DNA of 64,000 nucleotides from Nemertoderma westbladi (GCA_032718475.1 JAUCBJ010001352.1:1-64000), one strand, 5' to 3'. Shown: positions 27,088 through 39,784, numbered from the stretch's first letter. Numbers and translations are program-made. Notes: generated by a model not told the origin, from the letters alone.

Positions 27088-27734
27088 GGTGTACGGAAAA
27101 TTCCGACCCGGAAAATTCCGACCCATTCAGATATTGAATGAAATTTTCATGAGTCGGAATTGTCCGGATCCAGCATAGGACAATTCCGACCCAAATAATT
27201 TAAAAATAATAATAAATAATAATTTTATTTAACATTACATTATTTTATTATTCAACATAAGATTTCTGTGTCCATGGATATTCGTCGTTCTTGACATGTT
27301 TGCTACGTAATTTTATAGTTGCATAGAACTTTTAGAATTTGAATGTATTCGGTACTAGTGTGTTGTGTACTAGTAGCAAAAACTAGCTAGTATTAAAAAT
27401 TTGGTGGGGGGGGGGGGGCAATTTTTAATATTAGCTACTTTTTGCTACATTTGTTGAAAACGTTCTAAAACATATTTAGCTATTAATTAAGAAAAATATT
27501 AGTGTTCTAGAAAACAGATGTTTGTTATTGATTATCGGTAATTTCTATGAATTATTTGTATTTATTTGGATCCGGACAATTCCGACCCCTGAAAATTTCA
27601 TTCGATCTCCGAGTGGGTCGGAATTATCCCGGTCGGAATTGTCCGGGTCGCAATTGTCCGGGTCGGAATTGTCCGGGTCGCCGGGTCGCAATTGTCCGGG
27701 ACGCAATTGTCCGGGTCGCAATTGTCCTAGCTTC
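27088..27734. mobile_element. Mutator-like non-autonomous element with 9-bp TSD
   Basis: GTTACAACT at 27079-27087 and 27735-27743; ends built of inverted 15-bp repeats (AATTCCGACCCGG / CCGGGTCGGAATT). Confidence 0.8.
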
Positions 27735-27809
27735 GTTACAACTATAGTTCCGAAATTATACAGTTGTTAGCTATGTTTACCGCAGAACATAAAGCGTAAA
27801 TAGTTGGAT

Positions 27810-29496
27810 GTCACTTTAAGTCGTACATAGTTGAATGTTTCTTTAAGTCGTACATAATGGAATGTCACTTTACGTCGTACATAGTTGAATGTTTCTTTAA
27901 GTCGTACATAGTTGAATGTTTCTTTAAGTCGTACATATTTGAATGTTTCTTTAAGTCGTACATAGTTGAATGTTTCTTTAAGTCGTACATAGTTGAATGT
28001 TTCTTTAAGTCGTACATAGTTGAATGTTTCTTTAAGTCGTACATAGTTGAATGTTTCTTTAAGTCGTACATAGTTGAATGTTTCTTTAAGTCGTACATAG
28101 TTGAATGTTACTTTAAGTCGTACATAGTTGAATGTTACTTTAAGTCGTACATAATGGAATGTTTCTTTACGTCGTACATAGTTGAATGTTTCTTTAAGTC
28201 GTACATAACTGAATGTCACTTTACGTCGTACATAGTTGAATGTTTCTTTAAGTCGTACATAGTTGAATGTTTCTTTAAGTCGTACATAGTTGAATGTTTC
28301 TTTAAGTCGTTCATAATGGAATGTCACTTTACGTCGTACATAGTTGAATGTTTCTTTAAGTCGTACATAGTTGAATGTTTCTTTAAGTCGTACATAGTTG
28401 AATATTTCTTTAAGTCGTACATAGTTGAATGTTTCTTTAAGTCGTACATAGTTGAATGTTTCTTTAAGTCGTACATAGTTGAATATTTCTTTAAGTCGTA
28501 CATAGTTGAATGTTTCTTTAAGTCGTACATAGTTGAATGTTTCTTTAAGTCGTACATAGTTGAATGTTTCTTTAAGTCGTACATAATGGAATGTCACTTT
28601 ACGTCGTACATAGTTTAATGTTTCTTTAAGTCGTACATAGTTGAATGTTTCTTTAAGTCGTACATAGTTGAATGTTTCTTTAAGTCGTACATAGTTGAAT
28701 GTTTCTTTAAGTCGTACATAGTTGAATGTTTCTTTAAGTCGTACATAATGGAATGTCACTTTACGTCGTACATAGTTGAATGTTTCTTTAAGTCGTACAT
28801 AGTTGAATGTTTCTTTAAGTCGTACATAGTTGAATGTTTCTTTAAGTCGTACATAGTTGAATGTTTCTTTAAGTCGTACATAGTTGAATGTTTCTTTAAG
28901 TCGTACATAATGGAATGTCACTTTACGTCGTACATAGTTGAATGTTTCTTTAAGTCGTACATAATTGAATGTCACTTTACGTCGTACATAGTTGAATGTT
29001 TCTTTAAGTCGTACATAGTTGAATGTTTCTTTAAGTCGTACATAGTTGAATGTTTCTTTAAGTCGTACATAATGGAATGTCACTTTACGTCGTACATAGT
29101 TGAATGTTTCTTTAAGTCGTACATAGTTGAATGTTTCTTTAAGTCGTACATAATGGAATGTCACTTTACGTCGTACATAGTTGAATGTTTCTTTAAGTCG
29201 TACATAGTTGAATGTTTCTTTAAGTCGTACATAGTTGAATGTTTCTTTAAGTCGTACATAGTTGAATGTTTCTTTAAGTCGTACATAGTTGAATGTTTCT
29301 TTAAGTCGTACATAGTTGAATGTTTCTTTAAGTCGTACATAGTTGAATGTTTCTTTAAGTCGTACATAGTTGAATGTTTCTTTAAGTCGTACATAGTTGA
29401 ATGTTTCTTTAAGTCGTACATAGTTGAATGTTTCTTTAAGTCGTACATAGTTGAATATTTCTTTAAGTCGTACATAGTTGAATATTTCTTTAAGTA
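27810..29496. repeat. 27-bp minisatellite (TTTAAGTCGTACATAGTTGAATGTTTC)n with a recurrent variant
   Basis: Direct reading; about 62 units; variant ...ATAATGGAATGTCACTTTACG... Confidence 0.97.
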
Positions 29497-30622
29497 CGTC
29501 ACTTCAGTCTGGTGACTCGCGTAGAATAAACGGAGAGAGTGCTGTGACAGAATTGATAATTGAGAGACCATTATCGGGAGACCTTTTCAGTGATGAGGCA
29601 ACTTTTTCACTTAAACGGACAGGTTAATAGGTGGAACTCTAGAATTTGGGGGCGTGAAAATCCGCATTGTGTGTCTCAGAAGGTTCTGGATTCACCATAA
29701 ATTGTAACTGTCTGGGCTGCGATATCTAACAATCGGCACTTTGGACCAAACCTTTTTGTAGATGCATCTGTCACCGGTAATGCGGTAGTACTTGTACCGG
29801 TAGTACAATAATACTTGGAATATAAAGTTGTATTCCTACGTTACTATGACTACCACACTACACAAAATACATATCGTACTCTAAGTTAGGATGTCAGATT
29901 TCAAATGATACCAAAATGATTTATTTTTATTAAATTGTCACGGAGTTATTATAATTCAAAGTACTACTAAAGGAGTTGGATCACCCTGTATTTTGGGGCT
30001 AGGCCATAAATGGTCTAGCCCTAAAATATGTTATAAAAATATATATAGCAGTTATTGTTTTTAAGGGTCTAGTTCCTTTATTATATGTATTTATATATAT
30101 TTTATTATAGAGAATAATGGGTAAAGTTTTATTAAACATTATTATATTGGTGATCAAGTAATGACTAGGTAAACCGCAGTGGAGAGCCAATAGTATGATA
30201 TAATTACAAATTTACCAGAATTGACATTCAATTTCTCTTAAATACTACGAAGAAAGTTATTGAAATAAATATGTTAATTAAAGAATAAACGCTCCATAGA
30301 CTGACGCATATATGGTAGGCCTACTGCTAGCGCACATACTGACTGCTGAAGTTCGCTTCCCAACGGATAACAGGTGGCCTCTGGTACGTTAGGGGGAACT
30401 TGGGATGAGTAATATGGCAACCGGCATGCATTGATAAAATACAGAAAAAGGGTGGGATGGGTAGCTATCTGTGGCTTATAGGTCAGGGGTTAAGACCTAA
30501 AATGTTCTGCATAAAAGTACAAGAAGCGGGCTTCGCTACCATTTTATCGTAGCGAGTGCGAATAAGTCGGTGAAACATGAGGACCTTTATTGCGGACATA
30601 CACGATATCGGTCTATCTTTAT

Positions 30623-30730
30623 CTGAGTTGCTATAGGAATGGTTAGAACAGCAGACTTTCAACCTGGAGGTCACGAGTTCGATCCCACCTGGACGTCACT
30701 GCCGAATTTGCTAAGCTATGCCCAACGAAA
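30623..30730 (+). mobile_element. tRNA-derived SINE copy
   Basis: GAATGGTTAGAACAGCAGACTTTCAACCTGGAGGTCACGAGTTCGATCCCACCTGGACGTCA. Confidence 0.8.
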
Positions 30731-30816
30731 ATTGAAAGCATAATCTTGTTGTCATGATGCCGGCTGGTGGTTCACGGTAATGACAATACATATTATGGTC
30801 GACATACAACATAGTC

Positions 30817-31092
30817 ATGTACTAATGTTGTAGTGCAGTACTGTTACTGTTGTTGTGTAATGTTGTTATGTACTAATGTTGTAGTGCAGTACTGTTACTG
30901 TTGTTGTGTAATGTTGTTATGTACTAATGTTGTAGTGCAGTACTGTTACTGTTGTTGTGTAATGTTGTTATGTACTAAAGTTGTAGTGCAGTACTGTTAC
31001 TGTTGTTGTGTAATGTTGTTATGTACTAATGTTGTAGTGCAGTACTGTTACTGTTGTTGTGTAATGTTGTTATGTACTAAAATGTTGTAGTG
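30817..31092. repeat. 51-bp tandem repeat x5
   Basis: ATGTACTAATGTTGTAGTGCAGTACTGTTACTGTTGTTGTGTAATGTTGTT repeated. Confidence 0.95.
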
Positions 31093-31630
31093 AGTGTAAT
31101 GTTGTCGTGTACTATTGTTGTAGTGTACAAATGTCGCACAGTAGTGTATATTGTGTAGTTAATTGTGTAGTGTACCACTATTATAGTGCAGTATAGTGTT
31201 GCAACGGGATATAATTATCGGGATCGGGATTATAATTTTTATTACGACCATTAACTCATCCAAAACTTACATTTTTTAATGAATGAAATTCAGATATAAA
31301 TCCAGTTCAGATACAGATATCAGTTATAAATCATGTACGATGCTGTAGGACTGCAGGTATAGTTGTAAAAGCAATACTATTATTTTACTTTATATTTTTT
31401 GTTTTTTTTATCTGGTTATTGGCAAAAATTTTACTTTTTTATACAAAGTTACAAATTTAAGCTGCAGGGCATATAACTTCAGATCAGATCTATCAAATCC
31501 TGAAAAATCCCGATATTTTGCCATCGGGATCTGGATTTTAAATAAAATTCTGAATGCCACTAATGACGATATATTAAATATAAATCATTGTCTAACTCAA
31601 CCTAAACAATGGGGTGATTCAGTTACCAAC

Positions 31631-31671
31631 CTGATCTTGAAGAGGAGTGCACGGGTTCTCATCCTCGGGAT
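31631..31671 (-). CDS. Anoctamin distal-isoform small exon ((H)PEDENPCTPLQDQ)
   Basis: tgcttattttccag|ATCCCG...GATCAG|gttggt; 41 nt, phase 1 to 0; bridges the phase-1 upstream exons to the phase-0 exon at 1937. Confidence 0.7.
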
Positions 31672-33039
31672 CTGGAAAATAAGCAAAGAAATAAGAATAT
31701 TAATAAAGACTTTTTTCTCTAAGCTGTCCCTAATTATCATAGGTAAACAAAACTTCCAATATTCTGGTGACTGTTGATAGAGACATCAATTATGTATAAG
31801 GGGTTAAATGTTCATGGCAATTGGATTTATAGACGAATCGCGATATCTCGAACGGTGTTTGGAAGGGAATGGATTGACATAAAATTATACTCGAGATGGG
31901 TAAATATTAAAAACAAATTAAGGAAGAAAAATATTTCTAATTTGAAAAATTTTGGAATGAAAAATTATATCGAAAAATTGACATAACATTTGATTGCATG
32001 TGATTCAGGACTTGGGACCTTGATTTTGAAATCTACGTGAAATTTTGCATTAGTTTGGATGTTTTTTAAAAGTTAATATTTTCATTTTTAATAATTTTAA
32101 TATCTGTAAAATTGTCATACTATTTAATTGCTCGCTAAATTAATGTATTAACTTTACGCAGTTCAACAGTCGGGAAGGATTATTATGATTATTAGTAAAT
32201 TACTAAACAATTAATTGCAAAACATATTTACGTAGAAAATTTCGCCATCCGAAAGTTAAGTTTATTTACATATAAATGTTAACATAAAATGTACTGTTAT
32301 GTATTAATTGTAAGGGTTTGTTTGTTAGTTGTTAGTTATTCGTTGTAGTCATTGTGGGGCGAGCCACGTCTGTCTGTGGAAAAGTTTGAACGCTAATAAG
32401 TCGGTTAATCTTTGATGAAATTGAACAAAATTTGGTAGACATGTAGTCTATCAAAAGTTTAGGAATCTACACACAGACAGACTTCTATAGTTCCTCTGTC
32501 GGCCGCAAGTTGACGAATTGTAAGTAACCTAGAAGTAGCTATAATTATAGAACCAACCATCAGATTCATTTGTAATAGGAGTGACCAGGTCCAGTTATTG
32601 TACCGGTACTGCTACGCAGAGTCTATAGATTCAGTGCTGCACTAGCCGTGTTGCCCAGCGAACGTAAAACTTTCCACATTATTTCCCGCGGCTCATTTCT
32701 AACTATTCGAAAACGCTCCGGAATTTCGTGTTTTCGTGTTTGAGGGACAGGTTCGTTTACAGCCAGCTTGGCTGCCTTTCTAGTCGTGTGTAGCAAAAGC
32801 AACTAACTGTATATCTCTACCATACAATAAGTATACGTCATTGTAGCTTTCCGGTTAATCTTGTTGTCCGTCCATGAAAAATAATAAATAAATTTTGCTT
32901 AGAAAACCTAACTAATTTTACCATAGAAAATATTGGTTTTCAACTAACTACAAAACTCATTTGAGAATTATAAAACATATAAATGTTATAAAAAATATAA
33001 ATGTTATAAAATATAATGAAATTAAACAGAATATCTTAC

Positions 33040-33096
33040 GTATTAATTGGATTTCAATCTCCTCTGCATTGACGCCTTTAATATGATACCCTGGAC
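33040..33096 (-). CDS. Anoctamin distal-isoform small exon ((G)PGYHIKGVNAEEIEIQLI)
   Basis: tcttatttcag|GTCCAG...TAATAC|gtaaga; 57 nt, phase 1-1, open. Confidence 0.7.
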
Positions 33097-33130
33097 CTGA
33101 AATAAGATACCATCTCTAACACAAAGTCAC

Positions 33131-33410
33131 ATAAACCATCTCCCAGAATATACAATAACTTCATAGACTATAAATATACCAAGTCCCAGAATATAATTAT
33201 ACACAATGGCGCAATATAAACCATCTCCCAGAATATACAATAACTTCATAGACTATAAATATACCAAGTCCCAGAATATAATTATACACAATGGCGCAAT
33301 ATAAACCATCTCCCAGAATATACAATAACTTCATATCATAGACTATAAATATATATACATATATATACATAAGTCCCAGAATATATACACAATGGCACAA
33401 CATAAACAAT
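33131..33410. repeat. ~85-bp tandem repeat x3
   Basis: ATAAACCATCTCCCAGAATATACAATAACTTCATA recurs at about 33131, 33216 and 33301. Confidence 0.9.
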
Positions 33411-33689
33411 CCCCCATCATGCACCATAGAATACAACACCATGCTCGAACTCAGGAAAAGGATGCGATTTGATAAAACATCAAATTTTAGAATTTCCCAT
33501 TTAGAATTTCCCATTAAAGTAATTTTTCATGTAATATAGTTCGTTTTGTATCACAGAAATTATCTTTCGTATCGCAAAATACGAATAATTAATTTTCTAT
33601 TTTCCTACTTTTAAAGACAACTTTTTTTCAATACAAATGTAATACGATAAATACGCCCATGTGAAGAATACCAGATGTTCACTTTTCGT

Positions 33690-34063
33690 CCGCAAATTTC
33701 GATTAAGTGGGCACTGCTGGAGAAGTAAAGACGAGTTCTTACCAGATCTACTTCTCTGGCAACCAACTCATGGAAAGCGTAGTCGTGGACGACCTGCCAT
33801 AACATATATAGATCAACTTGAAAGGGATACTGAACTTAGGAGAAACGAAATTGCGACAACTATGGAGAATCGGGAAGCCTGGAAGGATCTCATTTCCACT
33901 GTCCGAGTTCGCTCGACCTAGTAGTAGTAGTAGAATCGGGAAGCCTGGAAGGATCTCATTTCCATTGTCCGAGTTCGCTCGACCTAGTAGTAGTAGTAGA
34001 ATCGGGAAGCCTGGAAGGATCTCATTTCCACTGTCCGAGTTCGCTCGACCTAGTACTAGTAGT
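33690..34063 (+). mobile_element. RTE-like LINE 3' end with triplicated terminus and (TAG)n tails
   Basis: FRLSGHCWRSKDE..DLLLWQPTHGKRSRGRP..TYIDQL; the terminal ~65 bp plus TAGTAGTAG occurs three times. Confidence 0.85.
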
Positions 34064-35594
34064 ATTTCTATCCTAAAACCAATACATACACAAATTCGTT
34101 TATTGTTTTGGTTAGATTCAGCTATTCTGTAACCTGGGATTTTAGTGAAAACGTGCTGACATTCATGTTCTAGTATTCTACAAGAGGGGGATAACTGCCA
34201 AGTGATGATAACAAAATATATAAGATTTTTATCGCATATTTCGAAATTATCTTAGATTATTCGTTTTGATCGAACTTAGTATTTTGCTTAAAATCACATG
34301 TATTCTATTGTTTGTATCCCATCCTATCCTTCTCGAATATATACCGTACTATTATTTCTAACTACAGCTGTACCAGAAACTACAGCACATCTGATAAAAC
34401 ATCCTATAAAGTAATCTACAAATCTAATGATAAGGCTATTTACAAAAATAAAATATATTTTCACATTTAAATCGGTTTAACCACACAATCGGTTTAACCA
34501 CACAATCGGTTTAACCACACAATCGATGAGTTTAAAATAAGATAAGCAAAGAACTGATTGTTATATATAGCTCCTTCACCGATAGGGATAGGAGGGGGGG
34601 GGGGGGGGGGGGGGGGGGAGGTGATCTCTTGACGCAAACAATATAATAATAATATCCCTCTCAAGAGGAAAATCAGCACGAAATAAAACTGTAACCTATT
34701 TTATTCACTTTAGTTTATTGTTTTGGCTAGAATGACATGCCTCTGTAACCACCTGTTCATTTGACCATACCCCCCCCCCCCCGTGTGACTACACCCCCCT
34801 CCCCCCCATGTGACCACACACCCCCCCCCCCCTCCCCCCATGTCCCCCTTAATACTAATTAAAATTAATTGTCGAAAAAGTAGAACCAACTAACTATATT
34901 TTGATTGGGTAAACATTAAAACACAGTGGTGCTATTAATTGGGGTAGATTATAGTGCCAACTCCACCATGGTGCTATTAATTGGGGTAGATTATAGTGCC
35001 AACTCCACCAATGACATTAACAAATATAAACATTATCGACATCATTATTTTAGGTTCATGGAAGTTTATTTAATTGGAATTTTAATTAAAACTATATTTT
35101 GCAAGTGAAAGTAGTCTGGTAGAGGTAAGATCTTGTAAGATCACAGTCATTGGTATTCTACCTTCGTTAGTTATGTTATGGTCTACTATACTGCATTCAC
35201 GGCATTTATAAGGCTTCCAGAAAGGTCATTTGTATAACATTGCAAAGGTACAGTTTCATAAAGTTCTAGAAATTTACATTTAATGAAATATTGTCAATAG
35301 GGAAAATTCTATCATTTCGATAAATTAATTTAATTATGTCAATCCGACATAAGGCAACTGAGGCTTTATCAGATAAAATGGTAGGATAAGATTGTAGCAA
35401 CTGCGCAGAATTAAAATAGAGATAATATAAAAAAATCTGCCGTTTTGTTCGTTTATATTTATATTTACATATGGCCTATTTTTGATGAAAGCCTCCAAAA
35501 TACATCGCATTGAAATATTATTGGTTGGGCACGGCACAGCTTAGTGACGTCACGGCAGAGTCGTCAAAGTGGGATCTCGTACTGGTCGCTAAAA

Positions 35595-35685
35595 AGCGCC
35601 AGAGTTCCAACCTGGAGGTCACCGGTTCGATCCCACCTGGACGTCAGTGCTCACCTTGCAAAAGCTGCACCCAACGAAAGTTATA
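35595..35685 (+). mobile_element. tRNA-derived SINE copy (partial)
   Basis: TTCCAACCTGGAGGTCACCGGTTCGATCCCACCTGGACGTCA. Confidence 0.75.
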
Positions 35686-36367
35686 AATATAGAAATAGAT
35701 ATTCCTCGATTGGGGTAAATTGGATATCGGTCGGGAACAGAGTCAACAAAAAGCGGCAAGCAATATAAATATATTACATCAAAGCACAATGTTGGAAGAG
35801 ACCTAATGTACTATATACCTTGAATAAACTGTAATAGGATATGGTTCTGTATTTGTTTTAGAACTGAAATTTACGATTGAGCTTCGATTGAAATTTGAGC
35901 TTAAAATTTTATTTAAGTTTTTAACAACATTTTTAAAAGGGAAATTAAATAATTTCTGACTTCTGACTGTCTGAAATTAAAAATATTGCATTTCACACAC
36001 GCTGAGACAGAATGAGGACAGAGATTCACATTTTAGACCGCATGCAATGCCAATATTGTGGTCGGTGAATTAACTAAAATAGTTTGCGGATAATACGAGG
36101 ACTATTAAACTGTTAGGAGTGAGTCCCAATGACATGCCAATAAGTATACCTGTAGATGAGTGGGGTGGCTTTATCAGGGCGTCGTGCTGGAGGCCTAAGT
36201 TTATTACACCTGGGAGAGAAAAAAATATAAATCTCTCGGGTTATTCATATTTTCAGAGCCACTTAGCCAACAATATAATTTTCAGTTTAGGTATAAAACA
36301 TGTAGGCTTACATATCTATTGCTTTATTATTTACAGCAGTCCTATGTCTATGTGGATACCAACTTAC

Positions 36368-36418
36368 CACTGTCAGTATTCTGCTCATTCTGGCCTTGGT
36401 TGTTGTACTTTACTTCAG
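36368..36418 (-). CDS. Anoctamin distal-isoform small exon ((A)EVKYNNQGQNEQNTDS)
   Basis: ccatctttttag|CTGAAG...ACAGTG|gtaagt; 51 nt, phase 1-1, open. Confidence 0.7.
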
Positions 36419-37129
36419 CTAAAAAGATGGAAATAAAAAATTATTTGAACATTTAAAAATAATATGATATTTTTAAGGGGAGATATTAGGAATCCTTAAA
36501 ATTAAAAAAAATTAAAAATAAAAATTTTAGAGAGATTTTTTAGTTTTCAGTTGATTAAGATCCAAATTTTCCGTAGGCCTATATTATAAATATTGACACT
36601 TTAAAGCCATATCATAAGTCAAACCCGCTTTAATCTCATTCTGTTTGTTTGTAAGTCTGTCTTTTGGTCTGTTTGTGGAATACAGTATAAAAATCGCACC
36701 ACATCGAATGAGTAGTTGCGGAGAAAACGGTGTATTTGTTAAAAGGGCGATCGTATGGGAAAATATAAAGGTTCCATCCCCCTTCCTTACAAACATTCGA
36801 ACCGTGGCGAGACCGAATGGAAACTCAACCAATTTAGAATATCAGATCTGATGTGGCAAGTTTGTTGAATTAAAAAAGAGCCAAATCACTGTTTCACGGC
36901 TACGTTGTGCAAAAAGTGATAGAAATAGGCCACGCGTCCATGTTGGCTCTGCACAATAGCACATAGCGCTGGTTCAACCCCGGTGACCTGCTTCCTCAAT
37001 TCTAACATAACCATATTACATTACTTTTATTAGACACGCGATAACTCATCTTTTGCCAATTTTAGTTATGGCATTTATTTTGCTTAAATAATTAATTATA
37101 ATAATAATTGCTGGAGTTCTTTTACTCAC

Positions 37130-37238
37130 CGTTATCACCACCTTCACCGGTGTCGGTGGGTAGTCGAGGATACATCTCGAAGCCAACCGGAGGAAGATTC
37201 GCTACAGGTGGAGGATAAGCCGGGTCGCCGCTCGCCAT
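37130..37238 (-). CDS. Distal first coding exon of the anoctamin gene (MASGDPAYPPPVANLPPVGFEMYPRLPTDTGEGGDN)
   Basis: ttACCATGG start, 109 nt, AACG|gtgagt donor in phase 1. An upstream acceptor ttttatttctag at 37280 implies a 5'UTR intron. Confidence 0.72.
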
Positions 37239-37820
37239 GGTAACGAATTACTTTACTTTCGGTTTCACAATCGGAGATTCTAGAAATAAAATAATAGACT
37301 TTACTGCAGAGATATTCGGACCGTTTGGTAAAGAGTCGAGACAAAAAGCTTCGGAATTTGGATACTTCGGTGAGCATTATGTACTGTAGAATGAGGGTAA
37401 AAAACTACAGATAGGCCGTGTGGGAGGGGGAGGGGGGGGGGGGGGGGGGGGGCGTGACTTTCGACTCAACCAAAATTCATCCATCGCCAGAGAAATAAAA
37501 TTGTCGCAAATAACAGCTGATTACTCTTAATAATAAAAGAGTAACCTATTCTTTATTGACATTATTTATTGTCTTTTAACTTCATATCCAAGCCGTGTAC
37601 CAAGGGTCAACTTCGAGGTCTCTATTCTCATAATATCTATCAGACTGTTTGTACCATTTCTATAACTGTTATTTAAATTTTAATAATTTTAAGACTTGGT
37701 GCTGCGTCCTATTTATTTTAATTGCTACGACCTAATTTAAATTTTATCATGAATAAATAAATAAACGCGAGCTCGTCTGGTCTTCGCTTCCGCGCGAGTA
37801 AAAGTAAAGTTATAACAACG

Positions 37821-38426
37821 TGCCACTGTAACCCACTCCTTTATCACTGCCACTGTAACCCACTCCTTTATCACTGCCACTGTAACACACTCCTTTATCA
37901 CTGCCACTGTAACCCACTCCTTTATCACTGCCACTGTAACACACTCCTTTATCACTGCCACTGTAACCCACTCCTTTATCACTGCCACTGTAACCCACTC
38001 CTTTATCACTGCCACTGTAACCCACTCCGTTATCACTGCCACTGTAACCCACTCCTTTATCACTGCCACTGTAACCCACTCCTTTATCACTGCCACTGTA
38101 ACCCACTCCTTTATCACTGCCACTGTAACCCACTCCTTTATCACTGCCACTGTAACCCACTCCTTTATCACTGCCACTGTAACCCACTCCTTTATCACTG
38201 CCACTGTAACCCACTCCTTTATCACTGCCACTGTAACCCACTCCTTTATCACTGCCACTGTAACCCACTCCTTTATCACTGCCACTGTAACCCACTCCAT
38301 TATCACTGCCACTGTAACCCACTCCTTTATCACTGCCACTGTAACCCACTCCTTTATCACTGCCACTGTAACCCACTCCTTTATCACTGCCACTGTAACC
38401 CACTCCTTTATCACTGCCACTGTAAC
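37821..38426. repeat. 27-bp minisatellite (GCCACTGTAACCCACTCCTTTATCACT)n
   Basis: Direct reading; about 22 units. Confidence 0.97.
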
Positions 38427-39408
38427 AAGCTGGCAAGCCTGGAAGGTTCACGGTCCTCCTACTTAATCAGTACAATAATAATACGTTTTCGTTCGGGTAG
38501 GCCTATGTTTCCTTTTCACTTGTTCCCATCGTACAGTCGTAGGCGACCTCATGCTCCTGTGCTCATCCCACCACGACCACGACCACCAGTTACGAGTTGG
38601 GTAGGCGTCTACCGGCAACCGGTAAGTAATTACGCGCCACACGACGTCATCCCGCCATCCGCCAACATTTATACCGGTACGGTAAGCCTACCACCTACCG
38701 GCTGGCTACCATCGCACCGTAGGTCTACCGCCTACGCCTACCGGTCAACCGGTAACGGTAGGCTACCGCGTACCGGTACAGCGGTACTCAAAGTCGTACC
38801 GGTATTGTCGTAATTGACAAATGCAGGATTAAACCGTAACCCGTTCCAGTACCGGTACCATATGCATCTGAACGACTGGACGGTTAATCTCATAGCATAG
38901 CTGCATAGGCCTACTGGTAGTCAGTGCGAAGTCGCCTGCGAACATGGCGAAATATTATATTTACTGCTAGGGCTAGGCTAGGACCTACTGCTGTACTGAC
39001 CTATGACAGTATGAAGATAGGCAGATAGGCCTACAGTGGTCAGGTAGTACCGGTCCGGTATGCCTACTACAGGCAGACAATCAGACAGTACTAGCAGTGC
39101 TAATTAATTACCTTAATTAAATCTTCAATTAGGTCATAATGTAGGTCCAAATTTAAAAATCGGCCTCCGTTAATCGATTTACAAATAATTCAGGTACCTC
39201 CATGCCAAATATCAGAATCATTCATTGCGTTCCCTATGACAAGATAGCTTTTTCCTAAACCATGCGAAAACACGCAAATATAGCGCTCACATCGCACAAA
39301 TACCATCTCGACACCCAATTTTTTGTATGAGCCTTCGCCATCCCTATATCTAACTTTTGTCCAAATTTTGTTTCGATTGATTAATAAATAACTGAGATAT
39401 CGCTCTGG

Positions 39409-39455
39409 ACACACACACACACACACACACACACTAACACACACACACACACACA
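39409..39455. repeat. (CA)n microsatellite
   Basis: Direct reading. Confidence 0.95.
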
Positions 39456-39494
39456 TTACGGTAATAATGGTCACCTATGTCAAGGACCGTGAAC

Positions 39495-39784
39495 CAACAC
39501 ACTCCTTTATCACTGCCACTGTAACACACTCCTTTATCACTGCCACTGTAACCCACTCCTTTATCACTGCCACTGTAACCCACTCCTTTATCACTGCCAC
39601 TGTAACCCACTCCTTTATCACTGCCACTGTAACACACTCCTTTATCACTGCCACTGTAACCCACTCCATTATCACTGCCACTGTAACCCACTCCTTTATC
39701 ACTGCCACTGTAACCCACTCCTTTATCACTGCCACTGTAACACACTCCTTTATCACTGCCACTGTAACCCACTCCTTTATCACT
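39495..39784. repeat. Second array of the same 27-bp minisatellite
   Basis: Same unit and same variants as 37821-38426. Confidence 0.97.

Larger units (their letters stand above)
26848..29988 (+). mobile_element. Tc1/mariner-superfamily relic with long TIRs and nested insertions
   Basis: CAGGGTGATCCAACTCCTTTAGTAGTACTTT... pairs with ...AAAGTACTACTAAAGGAGTTGGATCACCCTG-TA. Transposase remnant FSDEA..LNGQVNRWNSRIWGRENPH..VTVWAAIS at about 29586-29750. Confidence 0.85.

Noticed and set aside
27767-29571. 465-aa and 255-aa repeat ORFs, and a CRISPR-like look
   Set aside because: The 27-bp unit keeps frames open by chance; no spacers; lies inside a dead transposon.
3000-39784. Three unrelated minisatellites sharing a 27-bp period
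   Set aside because: The units share no sequence and have different apparent origins; other arrays here have 11, 16, 33, 42 and 51 bp periods, so coincidence is sufficient.
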